From a virus (taxonomy: Duplodnaviria > Caudoviricetes), in IMG/VR virus record IMGVR_UViG_3300026187_000025, positions 1 through 48,919 of that record: DNA of 48,919 nt. One strand, 5' to 3'. Position 1 is the stretch's first letter, and each line of letters begins with the position of its first letter. The position numbers were made by a program, and so were the translations under genes. The notes below the pieces were generated by a model. The model was not told the DNA's origin, ran no database searches, and worked only from the letters and a program-made list of their open reading frames with translations. This document shows positions 29,960 through 39,523 of this stretch, one piece after another.

Positions 29960-32900
29960 ATGTTTGATTACGGAAATATCCCTGAAAAAGATCCATATTT
30001 TAAAGAATGTTTAGAAAACGAATTTTTTGAACATTCCCAATATGAAAAATATAAAAAAGTAAAAAAGGGAGATGTTGTTGTAGATATAGGAGCTAGTATA
30101 GGTCCTTTTTTGTATACTATAAAAGACAGAGAAATATCTAAAGCCATAGCAGTAGAACCTATTTCCTTGTATCATGATTTATTAATAAAAAACTCAGTTT
30201 TATCCGGATTACCTAATTTACAGCTATATAAAAAAGCAATTGGTTTTAAAGATGGTGATATTTTAGATTTAGAATGGAGTAGTGAAAAAGAAAAAGTAGA
30301 AATAGTTTCTTTTAAATCTATAGTAACTGAAAATAAACTAGACCGAATTAATTTTCTTAAATTAGATTGTGAAGGGGGAGAATACACTATTTTTACTGAA
30401 GAAAATATTAATTACTTAAAAAATAATGTAGATTATATTGTAGGTGAATTTCATTTGAACGATCAATCAATGAAAGATTCATTTAAACAAATGTATAAAT
30501 TACTTACTAAATATAATTTTAATTTTAAAATAGAATCAGTCGATGGATTTGATAACACTCAATGGTTTAAAGATGATTTAGATTATGTTTCAAGTATAAA
30601 AAATCAAGTAATAATTTATATAGATAATACATCCCAAATGAAAAAATTGTTATATATAGCCCCTCATTTATCTACAGGAGGCTTACCCCAATATCTTACT
30701 AAAAAAGTAGAATTACTTAATAATGAATATGAAATTCATTTAGTAGAATGGACAGATGTAACTGGAGGTCGTTTAGTAGTTACTAAAAATAAAATTAAAG
30801 CTTTACTCCCCGAGGCTAGATTTTACACTCTAGGAGAAGATAAAGAAGAAATCTTATCTTTAATCGATAATATCCAACCAGACATCATCCACCTAGAAGA
30901 AATCCCAGAATTAGCTGGATTTCCTAGAGATATAATGGAACAAATATATCGCACAGATCGCCCATATAAAATTGTAGAAACATCACATGATTCTTCATTT
31001 AACACAGATGATAAACAATTCTTCCCGGATATGTTTATGTTTGTATCTCAATGGCAAATTGATCAATACAAAGATATTGATATTCCTAAAGTATTAGTTG
31101 AATATCCTATTGAGTATATTAAGCGTCCTGATAGAACTGAGGCCTTACAAAAATTAGGATTAGATCCTAATAAAAAACACATTTTACATATTGGTTTGTT
31201 TACTCCTAGAAAAAATCAAGCTGAATTCTTTGAGTATGCTAAATCAATGCCCGAATATGAATTTCATTGTGTAGGTAACCAAGCCGACAATTTTAAATTT
31301 TATTGGGAACCTTTAATGAATGATAAACCAGATAATCTTACATGGTGGAACGAACGTACAGATGTAAATAATTTCTATCAGGCAATGGATTTATTTTTAT
31401 TTACCTCTCGTGGTACTAAAAACGATAAGGAAACAATGCCTTTGGTTATCCGTGAAGCATTATCATACCAAATTCCACAATTATTATATAATTTAGAAGT
31501 ATACCAAAATTACTTTGATAAATTTAGTAGTGTAAATTATCTAGATTTTGATGATATAGAAAAAAATAAACAACTAATTAAATCTTATTTAGGTGATAAT
31601 GATTATATTGACCCTAGTAAAGAAGCATATGTTGTTTGTACGTATCCTGTAACAGATGCTATTATACAAACTACAAAAGATTGCATTAACTCATTAAAAA
31701 AAGATGGTCGTAAAATTATTATCTCATCACACGCTCCTGTCCCCAAAGACTTGCAGGAAATGGTTGATTACGTGTTCTATGATTCTAACAACATTTTAAC
31801 TAAACACACATACTATTCTAGTTTTAATTTCTATACAGGATTATATGATACTAATATTAACTTGAGAGGTGAAGGTAATGACATTTACCATGGCCCTGCT
31901 TGTTACACTAGTTTTAGAAACCCTGCTACATTTGCTAAAAATTTAGGTATCGATAAACTTCATTTTATTAATTATGATTATATCTTAAAAGATGAAGATT
32001 ATATTAATTACATTTCTAAAATTCTAAATACAAACGATACATTCTTTGGTGAATTTGAAGCACAAGAAGGTAAATGTTATTATACATATTTCTTTAGTGC
32101 AACACCAAATGCAATACTAAGACAAACCCCTGATATCCATTCAGCTAAAGAATATGATGATTTGATGGTAACTTGTGGTTCTGAATCTAATGGTATTGAA
32201 AATATGTATTACCATTTATTTAAAGACTATCCAAATAATCATATTGAACCTAGAGAAAAATTCGAATCTGATGCTGAAAAATATTTTGATTTTGAAGATT
32301 ACTCAATGGTTGAATACTATACAATTTTACCTTCAAATGTTCCTGGTAGATTCTGTCCTTGGATTACAATTTCAAATGCTAAAGAAAGTAAATTAATCCA
32401 TTATACTGTAGAAAGAAATGGTGAAGTAATCATTGATAGAAACTTAGAAGTTACAGGTAAATATTATTTCTGGGATATGGTTCCTTACTCATTAGATGAT
32501 AACACAGTAGTAAAATTCCATATTACCGATTTAAATACAGGTGACTTTATTAAGGAGCACGTATTTAATTTAGATAAAGATTATTTCCTAAACAAAATGC
32601 CTAATAATGGTAATTTTAAATGGAAAGGAGATACAACACAATATGCTAGAAAACCAAAAGTAAAATTAATGCACCTAGTTACAGAACCTGATACTAATGA
32701 AAAGGAAATTCGTTCTGTAGAAAGTGTTAAAGAATTCTGTGAATTAACAGGTATTGAATACGAACAACGTATTAATGAAATTTATAAAGATACCCCTCCA
32801 AGAGAAAATTGTAACAGACCTGACGATGTACAAGACAAACCAGGTTATTATAAATTAGCCCCAGGCCATTATGGATGTTTTCTGGCACATAAAAATGCAA

Positions 32901-33343
32901 TGTTAGCTGAAAATAATGATGATTATGATTATGTGTTAATTTTCGAAGGTGATGTTATTATCGATACTCCTATTAGTGAATTGTATAGTAAATTAATTGA
33001 ATTTAATCAAACTGCTATTAAAACAGATATGGATATTATTGGTTTTGGTAATCCAACAGATAATAGAAATTTAAATGGCCCTAAAGTAGATGATATCCAT
33101 ACAGATGTAACACCATTTGTTCCTGCTCAATCTTATTTAATTACAAGAACTAAATTAGCAGGTATTAGAGAAAAATTAAATACATTACCTTGGGATGCTT
33201 TTGATTTATGGATTTGTAACGTTGCTAAACTAAGAGTAGGAACAGCAGATAAAATCTATACTAAACACCTCCCAGGATTTAGCATTATCGAACAAGAGTT
33301 TAAAGGTATGGATGAAAATAGCCCTGAAATTTACGCAAAATGA
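29960..33343 (+). CDS. Multidomain enzyme: FkbM methyltransferase + GT4 (GT-B) + unknown domain(s) + GT25-like domain
   Basis: VVDIGASIG...LKLDCEGGE (FkbM); HLSTGG...RKNQ...DLFLFTS...E.MPLVIREA (GT4); GHYGCFLAH...YVLIFEGD (GT25-like). Confidence 0.8.
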   Translation: MFDYGNIPEKDPYFKECLENEFFEHSQYEKYKKVKKGDVVVDIGASIGPFLYTIKDREISKAIAVEPISLYHDLLIKNSVLSGLPNLQLYKKAIGFKDGDILDLEWSSEKEKVEIVSFKSIVTENKLDRINFLKLDCEGGEYTIFTEENINYLKNNVDYIVGEFHLNDQSMKDSFKQMYKLLTKYNFNFKIESVDGFDNTQWFKDDLDYVSSIKNQVIIYIDNTSQMKKLLYIAPHLSTGGLPQYLTKKVELLNNEYEIHLVEWTDVTGGRLVVTKNKIKALLPEARFYTLGEDKEEILSLIDNIQPDIIHLEEIPELAGFPRDIMEQIYRTDRPYKIVETSHDSSFNTDDKQFFPDMFMFVSQWQIDQYKDIDIPKVLVEYPIEYIKRPDRTEALQKLGLDPNKKHILHIGLFTPRKNQAEFFEYAKSMPEYEFHCVGNQADNFKFYWEPLMNDKPDNLTWWNERTDVNNFYQAMDLFLFTSRGTKNDKETMPLVIREALSYQIPQLLYNLEVYQNYFDKFSSVNYLDFDDIEKNKQLIKSYLGDNDYIDPSKEAYVVCTYPVTDAIIQTTKDCINSLKKDGRKIIISSHAPVPKDLQEMVDYVFYDSNNILTKHTYYSSFNFYTGLYDTNINLRGEGNDIYHGPACYTSFRNPATFAKNLGIDKLHFINYDYILKDEDYINYISKILNTNDTFFGEFEAQEGKCYYTYFFSATPNAILRQTPDIHSAKEYDDLMVTCGSESNGIENMYYHLFKDYPNNHIEPREKFESDAEKYFDFEDYSMVEYYTILPSNVPGRFCPWITISNAKESKLIHYTVERNGEVIIDRNLEVTGKYYFWDMVPYSLDDNTVVKFHITDLNTGDFIKEHVFNLDKDYFLNKMPNNGNFKWKGDTTQYARKPKVKLMHLVTEPDTNEKEIRSVESVKEFCELTGIEYEQRINEIYKDTPPRENCNRPDDVQDKPGYYKLAPGHYGCFLAHKNAMLAENNDDYDYVLIFEGDVIIDTPISELYSKLIEFNQTAIKTDMDIIGFGNPTDNRNLNGPKVDDIHTDVTPFVPAQSYLITRTKLAGIREKLNTLPWDAFDLWICNVAKLRVGTADKIYTKHLPGFSIIEQEFKGMDENSPEIYAK

Positions 33344-34290
33344 GAATAGCCCAAGTACACCCAGGATGTGGAATCCCAGTCCCCCCTCCAGCCTGGGGAG
33401 CAATTGAAAAAATTGTATGGGAATTTATAGTAAACCAACGTAAATTAGGCCATACAGTTGATCTAATGTGGTCACAAGATATTAAAAAAGAAGACTATGA
33501 TATAGTTCATTGTCACGTAGCAAATTTAGCTATTCAATTAGCTGAACGAGGTATACCTTATATTTACCAATTACATGATCATCATGCCTATCATTATGGA
33601 AAAAATTCTCATGTATATAAACAAAATCTTAAAGCAATTGAAGGTTCATTAATATCATTAATGCCCGCTAGATTTTTAGTAGATTATTTTGATAGCGATA
33701 AATGTATTTACTTCGCTCACGGCGTAAACATAGATGAATTTTACCCATTACCTTTCCATACTCGTCCCGACAATCCAAAATTGCTAATGGTTGCTAATAA
33801 TGGTTTAGCAGGTGATCCAACATACGATAGAAAAGGATTTACGTATGGTTTAGGTTTAGCTATGATGAATGATTTAGAAATCACAATAGCGGGCCCATCA
33901 GCTAATAAACAATTTTTTAATGGTCATTTATGGATGTTAAATTATCCTAAACTAAACTTGGTTTTTGACACCCCTAATACTAAATTATTAGAACTATATC
34001 ATAACCACGATATATTTGTTCATCCAACTATGTTAGAAGCAGGGCATCCTAATTTAACAATGATTGAAGCAGCCGCTGCTGGTTTACCTATTATCGCTAA
34101 TTGGGAATATGAAACTGATTTTCATGGTGCTTGGAGAGCCCCTCGTGATGTTTTTGAAATGGATAGAGGATTAAAAGATATTATAAAAAATTGGGATTCG
34201 TATAAAAATCAATCAATAAACACTGGTAAAGAATTATCATGGTATAATCGTTCTAAAGAAATAATAAAAATATATGAAACGTTCAACTAG
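33340..34290 (+). CDS. GT4-family glycosyltransferase
   Basis: PP..WGAIE, DIVHCH, HGVNIDEF, RKG, DIFVHPT..EAG..NLTMIEAAAAGLPII. Confidence 0.9.
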   Translation: MRIAQVHPGCGIPVPPPAWGAIEKIVWEFIVNQRKLGHTVDLMWSQDIKKEDYDIVHCHVANLAIQLAERGIPYIYQLHDHHAYHYGKNSHVYKQNLKAIEGSLISLMPARFLVDYFDSDKCIYFAHGVNIDEFYPLPFHTRPDNPKLLMVANNGLAGDPTYDRKGFTYGLGLAMMNDLEITIAGPSANKQFFNGHLWMLNYPKLNLVFDTPNTKLLELYHNHDIFVHPTMLEAGHPNLTMIEAAAAGLPIIANWEYETDFHGAWRAPRDVFEMDRGLKDIIKNWDSYKNQSINTGKELSWYNRSKEIIKIYETFN

Positions 34291-34912
34291 ATTAGTCAGC
34301 ATTAAAAATACCCCCATGGTAATATATGAGGGACCCGAATGTATATCTGATGATATAGTAAAATATAATGATTTTTGGGAATTTGAATTATTTAATCAAT
34401 TTAAATCATATTTTCCTGAAGATGGATTAATGTTAGATATAGGTGCTAATATAGGAGCACATTGTGTTCAATTTAAACATTATTTTCCAAACTTAAAAAT
34501 ATGGGCTTTTGAACCATTTTTTGAGAATTATAATGTATTAAAAACTAATACTGATAGATATAATGATGTTCATTGTTTTAATATAGGTGTTGGAAGTAAT
34601 AATTCAATGGTTCATTTTGGTAATGAACAAGAACAAAATTCAGGCGTAATAAAAATTGTTCCTAACAGTAACATTACTAATTTAGTAATTGCATTAGATA
34701 CTATTACATTTCCTGAACCCATTAAATTTATTAAAATTGATGTGGAAGGACATGAATTATCTGCATTTGAAGGAATGACAGATTTATTATTAAAATATAA
34801 ACCTATAATATGGCTTGAAGATAATAGCCACAAAGCAGTTCCTTATTTGCAAAAATTAGGATACAAAATAGTAGAAAGTCATAACCCAACTAACGATTAT
34901 TTAATGATATGA
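34274..34912 (+). CDS. FkbM-family methyltransferase
   Basis: LDIGANIG, AFEP, IKIDVEGHE, KPII.LE. Confidence 0.9.
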   Translation: MKRSTRLVSIKNTPMVIYEGPECISDDIVKYNDFWEFELFNQFKSYFPEDGLMLDIGANIGAHCVQFKHYFPNLKIWAFEPFFENYNVLKTNTDRYNDVHCFNIGVGSNNSMVHFGNEQEQNSGVIKIVPNSNITNLVIALDTITFPEPIKFIKIDVEGHELSAFEGMTDLLLKYKPIIWLEDNSHKAVPYLQKLGYKIVESHNPTNDYLMI

Positions 34913-36111
34913 AAGAAGTTTTAATAGAAAATTATAACAATTTAACTCAATTAAATATTCCTTTTAAAGAAGCTAAAAATAAATTTTTAATTAATTTTAT
35001 TGGAGGTGCTAAAGTTGAAGTAAAAGGAGATAAAAAAGCTAATTATCGAGTTTTATTTAAAGATAATTCGAACGATAGTATTGTATTCGATACCACTATA
35101 AATAATAATATGTGGACTCGACCAAATACAAAATATTTTAAAGATTGGAAAATTGAAATATACGATGCTGACACTAACGAACATATCCACACTCACCAAT
35201 ATAATGCTAAAGGAAAACGTGTATATATCCATCTAGAATCGTCGGCAATTGGAGATACACTAGCTTGGTTCCCTCACGTAGATGAATTTAGAAAAAAACA
35301 CCAATGTGAACTAATTTGTTCTACATTCCATAACGAGTGGTTTGAAAATGAATACCCAGAAATTGAATTCGTTAAACCCGGCACTGAAGTATTTGATTTA
35401 TATGCAATGTATAATATTGGGTGGTTCTACAAAGAAGACCATACAGTAGATCATGATAAAATTTCTATTGATTTTAAAAAACACCCACTAGGAGAAACAA
35501 CAACTTCTATTTTAGGACTAAATTACAAAGAAATTAAACCAAAAATTACAATTCCTGATAAAGGAAAACAAATTGATGGAAAATATGTAGTTATAGCTCC
35601 ACATGCCTCAGCACATGCTAAGTATTGGATGCATCCCGGAGGGTGGCAAACCGTAATCAATTATTTAAAAGATCAAGGATATAAAGTAGTAATGATTACT
35701 AAAGAACGTTTAGGGGATAGTTGGCATGATTCTAAATTAGGAGGTACTTTAAAAGGAGTAATTAATAAAACTGGTGATTATCCAATTGAGGATAGAATGG
35801 TTGACATTAAACATGCTGATGCTTTTATAGGTGTGGGAAGTGGATTATCATGGTTAGCATGGGCTGTAGGAACCCCAGTTACTTTAATTTCTGGTTTTAG
35901 TGAACCTTATAGTGAATTTTTAGATTGTGAACGTGTGTTTAATTATGATGAAAATGTTTGTACGGGATGTTTTAACAGAGAATGGTTAAACCCGGGTGAT
36001 TGGGAATGGTGTCCTGATCATAAAGACACAACAAGACAATTTGAATGTAGTAAAACTATAACACCTGAAAGAGTAATTAAATCAATTAATAGAACTCTTA
36101 ATTTTAAATAA
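34909..36111 (+). CDS. Aah/TibC-like (autotransporter O-heptosyltransferase family) protein glycosyltransferase
   Basis: N-terminal beta module; SSAIGDTLAWFP..DEF...H.C; AKYW....GW..VI.YLK..GY.V; FIGVGSGLSWLAWA.G.PV.LISGFS.P.SEF; Cys cluster CTGC...WCP.HK.T.RQFEC..IT. Confidence 0.88.
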   Translation: MKEVLIENYNNLTQLNIPFKEAKNKFLINFIGGAKVEVKGDKKANYRVLFKDNSNDSIVFDTTINNNMWTRPNTKYFKDWKIEIYDADTNEHIHTHQYNAKGKRVYIHLESSAIGDTLAWFPHVDEFRKKHQCELICSTFHNEWFENEYPEIEFVKPGTEVFDLYAMYNIGWFYKEDHTVDHDKISIDFKKHPLGETTTSILGLNYKEIKPKITIPDKGKQIDGKYVVIAPHASAHAKYWMHPGGWQTVINYLKDQGYKVVMITKERLGDSWHDSKLGGTLKGVINKTGDYPIEDRMVDIKHADAFIGVGSGLSWLAWAVGTPVTLISGFSEPYSEFLDCERVFNYDENVCTGCFNREWLNPGDWEWCPDHKDTTRQFECSKTITPERVIKSINRTLNFK

Positions 36112-36127
36112 AAAACTAATATTTATT

Positions 36128-36376
36128 ATGGACAAAATATTTCTAACCCAAGAAGAATTACAACAAGTAACTAATTTAAACGCTGAACGAGCTGACTTAA
36201 TTTCTAAATTTGGTGCTATTGAATATGATATTCAAAATCTAGAACTAGATAAAGAAAAACTCGTATCTGAACTTGATAGTTTAAACAAACGAAGTGTAAA
36301 TTTAGGTAACGAGTTACAAGTTAAATACGGAGAAGGAAATATAAATATTGAAACAGGTGAGTTCTTAAAACGATGA
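36128..36376 (+). CDS. Small coiled-coil hypothetical protein
   Basis: 82 aa, heptad-like, ending KYGEGNINIETGEF. Confidence 0.75.
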   Translation: MDKIFLTQEELQQVTNLNAERADLISKFGAIEYDIQNLELDKEKLVSELDSLNKRSVNLGNELQVKYGEGNINIETGEFLKR

Positions 36377-36427
36377 TTTTTGAATTCTTTTTATATATTT
36401 ATAACAAAACAATAACAAAATAACAAA

Positions 36428-38134
36428 ATGGCAGAAACTCTAGTATCTCCCGGTGTATTAGCAAGAGAAAATGATTTATCTTTTGTTAGCCAGCAACCCG
36501 TAGCGGTTGGTGCTGCTATCATCGGTCCAACAGTAAAGGGACCAGTAGAAGTTCCAACAATAGTTACATCATATTCAGATTATTCAAGTTTATTCGGGAC
36601 TACATTTGATAGTGGTAGTGATGAGTACTCTTTCTTTACCTCAATTGCAGCTTATAATTATTTCCAAAATGGTGGTGAGTCATTATTAGTAGCTAGAGTA
36701 GTTAGTGGTTCTTATTCATCCGCTTCAACAACCGGAAATCAAGCTCCAAGTGGTTCCAATACCTCAGGTTCATTTATTCTTCAAACTTTAGGTGAAGGTG
36801 TTATCATGAACAGTAGCTCAAGTCTGGATTCTTCAGGTTCATTAGCTTCAGGTAGTTCTGATAATATTAGATGGGAAATTTCAAACCCATCTACTTCATC
36901 AGGTACATTTGATTTATTGATTAGAAGAGGTGATGATAATACAAATAATAAAATTATTTTAGAAACTTGGACTAATCTATCATTAGATCCTAAAGCTGAT
37001 AATTACATTTCTAAAGTAATTGGTGATCAAGTAGAAAGTTACAATGTAGCTACTAATCAGGTAACAATTACAGGTGATTACAGAAATGCTTCACGTTATG
37101 TGAGAGTATCTTCTGTTCCTGGTGCTACATTAAATTACTTCGATAATAATGGTGTAGCAAAAACATCTTTAACAGGATTTATTCCTGCTGCAAGTAGTGG
37201 TTCATTCACTGGCGCTACGGGTGATGTAAAAGCAGGAGCTAATTTCTATAATAATATTAATAGTTCAAACACCCAAGGTTTAGAAGGTGGTAACTATACA
37301 AATATGATTAGTTTGTTAGCTAACCAAGATGATTATGTATTTAATGTGTTGTTAACCCCAGGTTTATACAATGCAGATTATACAGCTCAGTGTACTAGCA
37401 TGATAAATAATACTCAAACTAGAGGAGATAGTTTGTTCGTATTAGATTTAGTTGCTTTTAGTTCTAACGTAACCGCAGTAACTAGTGAAGCTGCTTCTAG
37501 AAACACTTCATACGCTGCTTCATACTGGCCATGGGTACAAGTAATTGACCCAGATCTAGGCAGACAAGTATGGGTACCAGCATCAACCGTTATTGGTGGT
37601 GTATATGCGTACAATGACAGTGTAAGTGAACCATGGTTCGCTCCCGCAGGTATTAACAGAGGTGGTTTAGGACAAGTAGTTAGAGCTGAACAAAAATTAA
37701 ATTCAACTAATAGAGATACATTATACTCAAATAAAGTAAACCCAATTGCTTCATTCCCTGCAACTGGTGTTGTAGTATATGGTCAAAAAACATTACAGAC
37801 TAGAGCAAGTGCTTTAGATAGAGTAAATGTTAGAAGATTATTAATTGAATTGAAAGGATATATTTCACAAGTAGCAGATAATTTAGTATTTGAACAAAAT
37901 ACTATCGCTACTAGAAATTCATTCTTATCAGCTGTAAATCCTTATTTAGAAGGAGTACAACAGAGACAAGGTTTATACGCTTTTAAAGTAATTATGGATG
38001 AAAGTAATAACACAGCGGATGTAATTGATAGAAATCAAATGGTAGGTCAAATTTACATTCAACCAACTAAAACTGCTGAATTTATTTACTTAGATTTCAA
38101 CATTTTGCCAACTGGAGCTACTTTCCCAGCGTAA
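36428..38134 (+). CDS. Contractile tail sheath protein
   Basis: SPGV..RE.D, GPTVKGP..VPT, YWPWV, WFAPAG..RG, NPI, GQKTLQ, DRVNVRRLL, FEQN, I.IQP.KTAEFI. Confidence 0.95.
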   Translation: MAETLVSPGVLARENDLSFVSQQPVAVGAAIIGPTVKGPVEVPTIVTSYSDYSSLFGTTFDSGSDEYSFFTSIAAYNYFQNGGESLLVARVVSGSYSSASTTGNQAPSGSNTSGSFILQTLGEGVIMNSSSSLDSSGSLASGSSDNIRWEISNPSTSSGTFDLLIRRGDDNTNNKIILETWTNLSLDPKADNYISKVIGDQVESYNVATNQVTITGDYRNASRYVRVSSVPGATLNYFDNNGVAKTSLTGFIPAASSGSFTGATGDVKAGANFYNNINSSNTQGLEGGNYTNMISLLANQDDYVFNVLLTPGLYNADYTAQCTSMINNTQTRGDSLFVLDLVAFSSNVTAVTSEAASRNTSYAASYWPWVQVIDPDLGRQVWVPASTVIGGVYAYNDSVSEPWFAPAGINRGGLGQVVRAEQKLNSTNRDTLYSNKVNPIASFPATGVVVYGQKTLQTRASALDRVNVRRLLIELKGYISQVADNLVFEQNTIATRNSFLSAVNPYLEGVQQRQGLYAFKVIMDESNNTADVIDRNQMVGQIYIQPTKTAEFIYLDFNILPTGATFPA

Positions 38135-38173
38135 TTTTTAAAAAGTTAAATATTTATAATAAAATAAAATAAA

Positions 38174-38662
38174 ATGGCAATATTAGATTCTAACGAAATT
38201 TTCTTTACCGCCTTTGAGCCAAAGGTACAAAATAGGTTTATCATGTATGTTGATGGTATTCCGGCATATACTATTAAAGCTATTTCATCAGTAGGCTTTT
38301 CACAGGAAGAAATTGTATTAAACCATATTAATACTTACCGTAAAATTAAAGGTAAATTAAAATGGAACGATTTAACAATGACAATGTTTGATCCAATTAC
38401 TCCTTCAGGTGCTCAAGCAGTAATGGAATGGGTTCGTTTACATCACGAATCTGTAACAGGTAGAGATGGATACTCCGATATGTATAAAAAAGATTTAACT
38501 ATCGACGTATTAGGCCCTGTAGGCGATATTGTTTCAGAATGGATTATCAAAGGTGCGTTTATTAAAGCAGCAGAATTTGGTGAATACAACTGGGATAACG
38601 AAGCAGCAGCTCAAAATTTAACTGTTACTCTTGGAATGGATTATTGCGTATTGAATTTCTAA
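38174..38662 (+). CDS. Tail tube protein (T4 gp19-like)
   Basis: FEPK..NRF, GK.KW.D.T.T..DPI.PS.AQAVMEW, YKKD, W..KGAF; directly after the sheath gene. Confidence 0.88.
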   Translation: MAILDSNEIFFTAFEPKVQNRFIMYVDGIPAYTIKAISSVGFSQEEIVLNHINTYRKIKGKLKWNDLTMTMFDPITPSGAQAVMEWVRLHHESVTGRDGYSDMYKKDLTIDVLGPVGDIVSEWIIKGAFIKAAEFGEYNWDNEAAAQNLTVTLGMDYCVLNF

Positions 38663-38682
38663 TAAAAATTCAAAATATTTTT

Positions 38683-38715
38683 AAAGAGAGCTTGGCTATG
38701 TCAAGCTCTTTTTTT
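38683..38715 (+). terminator. Rho-independent terminator after sheath/tube
   Basis: AGAGCTTGGC-TAT-GTCAAGCTCT stem followed by a T run. Confidence 0.85.
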
Positions 38716-38758
38716 ATCGTGATATTTATACTCGTTAACAGTTATTTAAATAAAAATT

Positions 38759-39523
38759 ATGGCAAAACAAGAGACCACACAAAAACCAAAATTCAAATTT
38801 CCAACGGAAATTGTTGAATTACCTTCAAAAGGCCTATTATATCCTGAAGGTCATCCACTATCATCGGGAACAGTAGAAATGAAATACATGACGGCTAAAG
38901 AAGAAGATATTCTTACCAATATGAGTTATGTAAAACAAGGTGTTGTAATCGATAAGTTATTACAATCTTTATTAGTTACTGAATTTGATTATGCTGACCT
39001 TTTAATTGGTGATAAAAACGCCATTATGATTGCAGCTCGAGTATTAGGTTATGGTAAAGATTATCCTTTCACTTATGAAGGTGAAGAAATTGAAATTGAT
39101 CTCAATGAATTACCTCTAAAAGAATTAGATGAAAATTTAGTTACTAAAGGAGTAAATGAATTTGAATTTGTTCTTCCAACTTCTGGTAATAAAATTACAT
39201 TCCAATTAATTACGGGTAAAATTGAAAAGGCAGTTGAGCAAGAAATTAAAGGTATGAAACGTATTAATAAAAACGTATCTGCTGATGTTTCTACTCGTTT
39301 AAAACACCAAATTCTTTCTATTGATGGTGAAGACGATAAAAAAACAATTCGTGAGTTTGTAGATAATTATATGTTAGCTAAAGATTCAGTAGCTTTAAGA
39401 TCATATATTAGAGATATTCAACCTGATATTAAAATGACCTTCATCCACGATGGTCCAAATGGTGAGCAGGAGGTCACTGTACCCATTGAGGTCCAGTTTT
39501 TTTGGCCTGACGCAAGAGTATAG
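38759..39523 (+). CDS. Tail/baseplate-hub assembly chaperone (T4 gp26-like)
   Basis: ELPSKG..Y, MTAKEEDIL, L..GD..AI...AR..GYG, ends FFWP; lies between the tube and tape measure genes. Confidence 0.7.
   Translation: MAKQETTQKPKFKFPTEIVELPSKGLLYPEGHPLSSGTVEMKYMTAKEEDILTNMSYVKQGVVIDKLLQSLLVTEFDYADLLIGDKNAIMIAARVLGYGKDYPFTYEGEEIEIDLNELPLKELDENLVTKGVNEFEFVLPTSGNKITFQLITGKIEKAVEQEIKGMKRINKNVSADVSTRLKHQILSIDGEDDKKTIREFVDNYMLAKDSVALRSYIRDIQPDIKMTFIHDGPNGEQEVTVPIEVQFFWPDARV

Noticed and set aside
27479-36111. DNA hypermodification cluster or host LPS/capsule locus
   Set aside because: No base-modifying, flippase, polymerase or membrane proteins; it sits among virion genes and includes a protein-directed GT family. 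Disfavoured rather than excluded.
36401-36427. ATAACAAA repeated three times before the sheath start
   Set aside because: Most simply an A-rich unstructured translation leader; too short to call a separate element.
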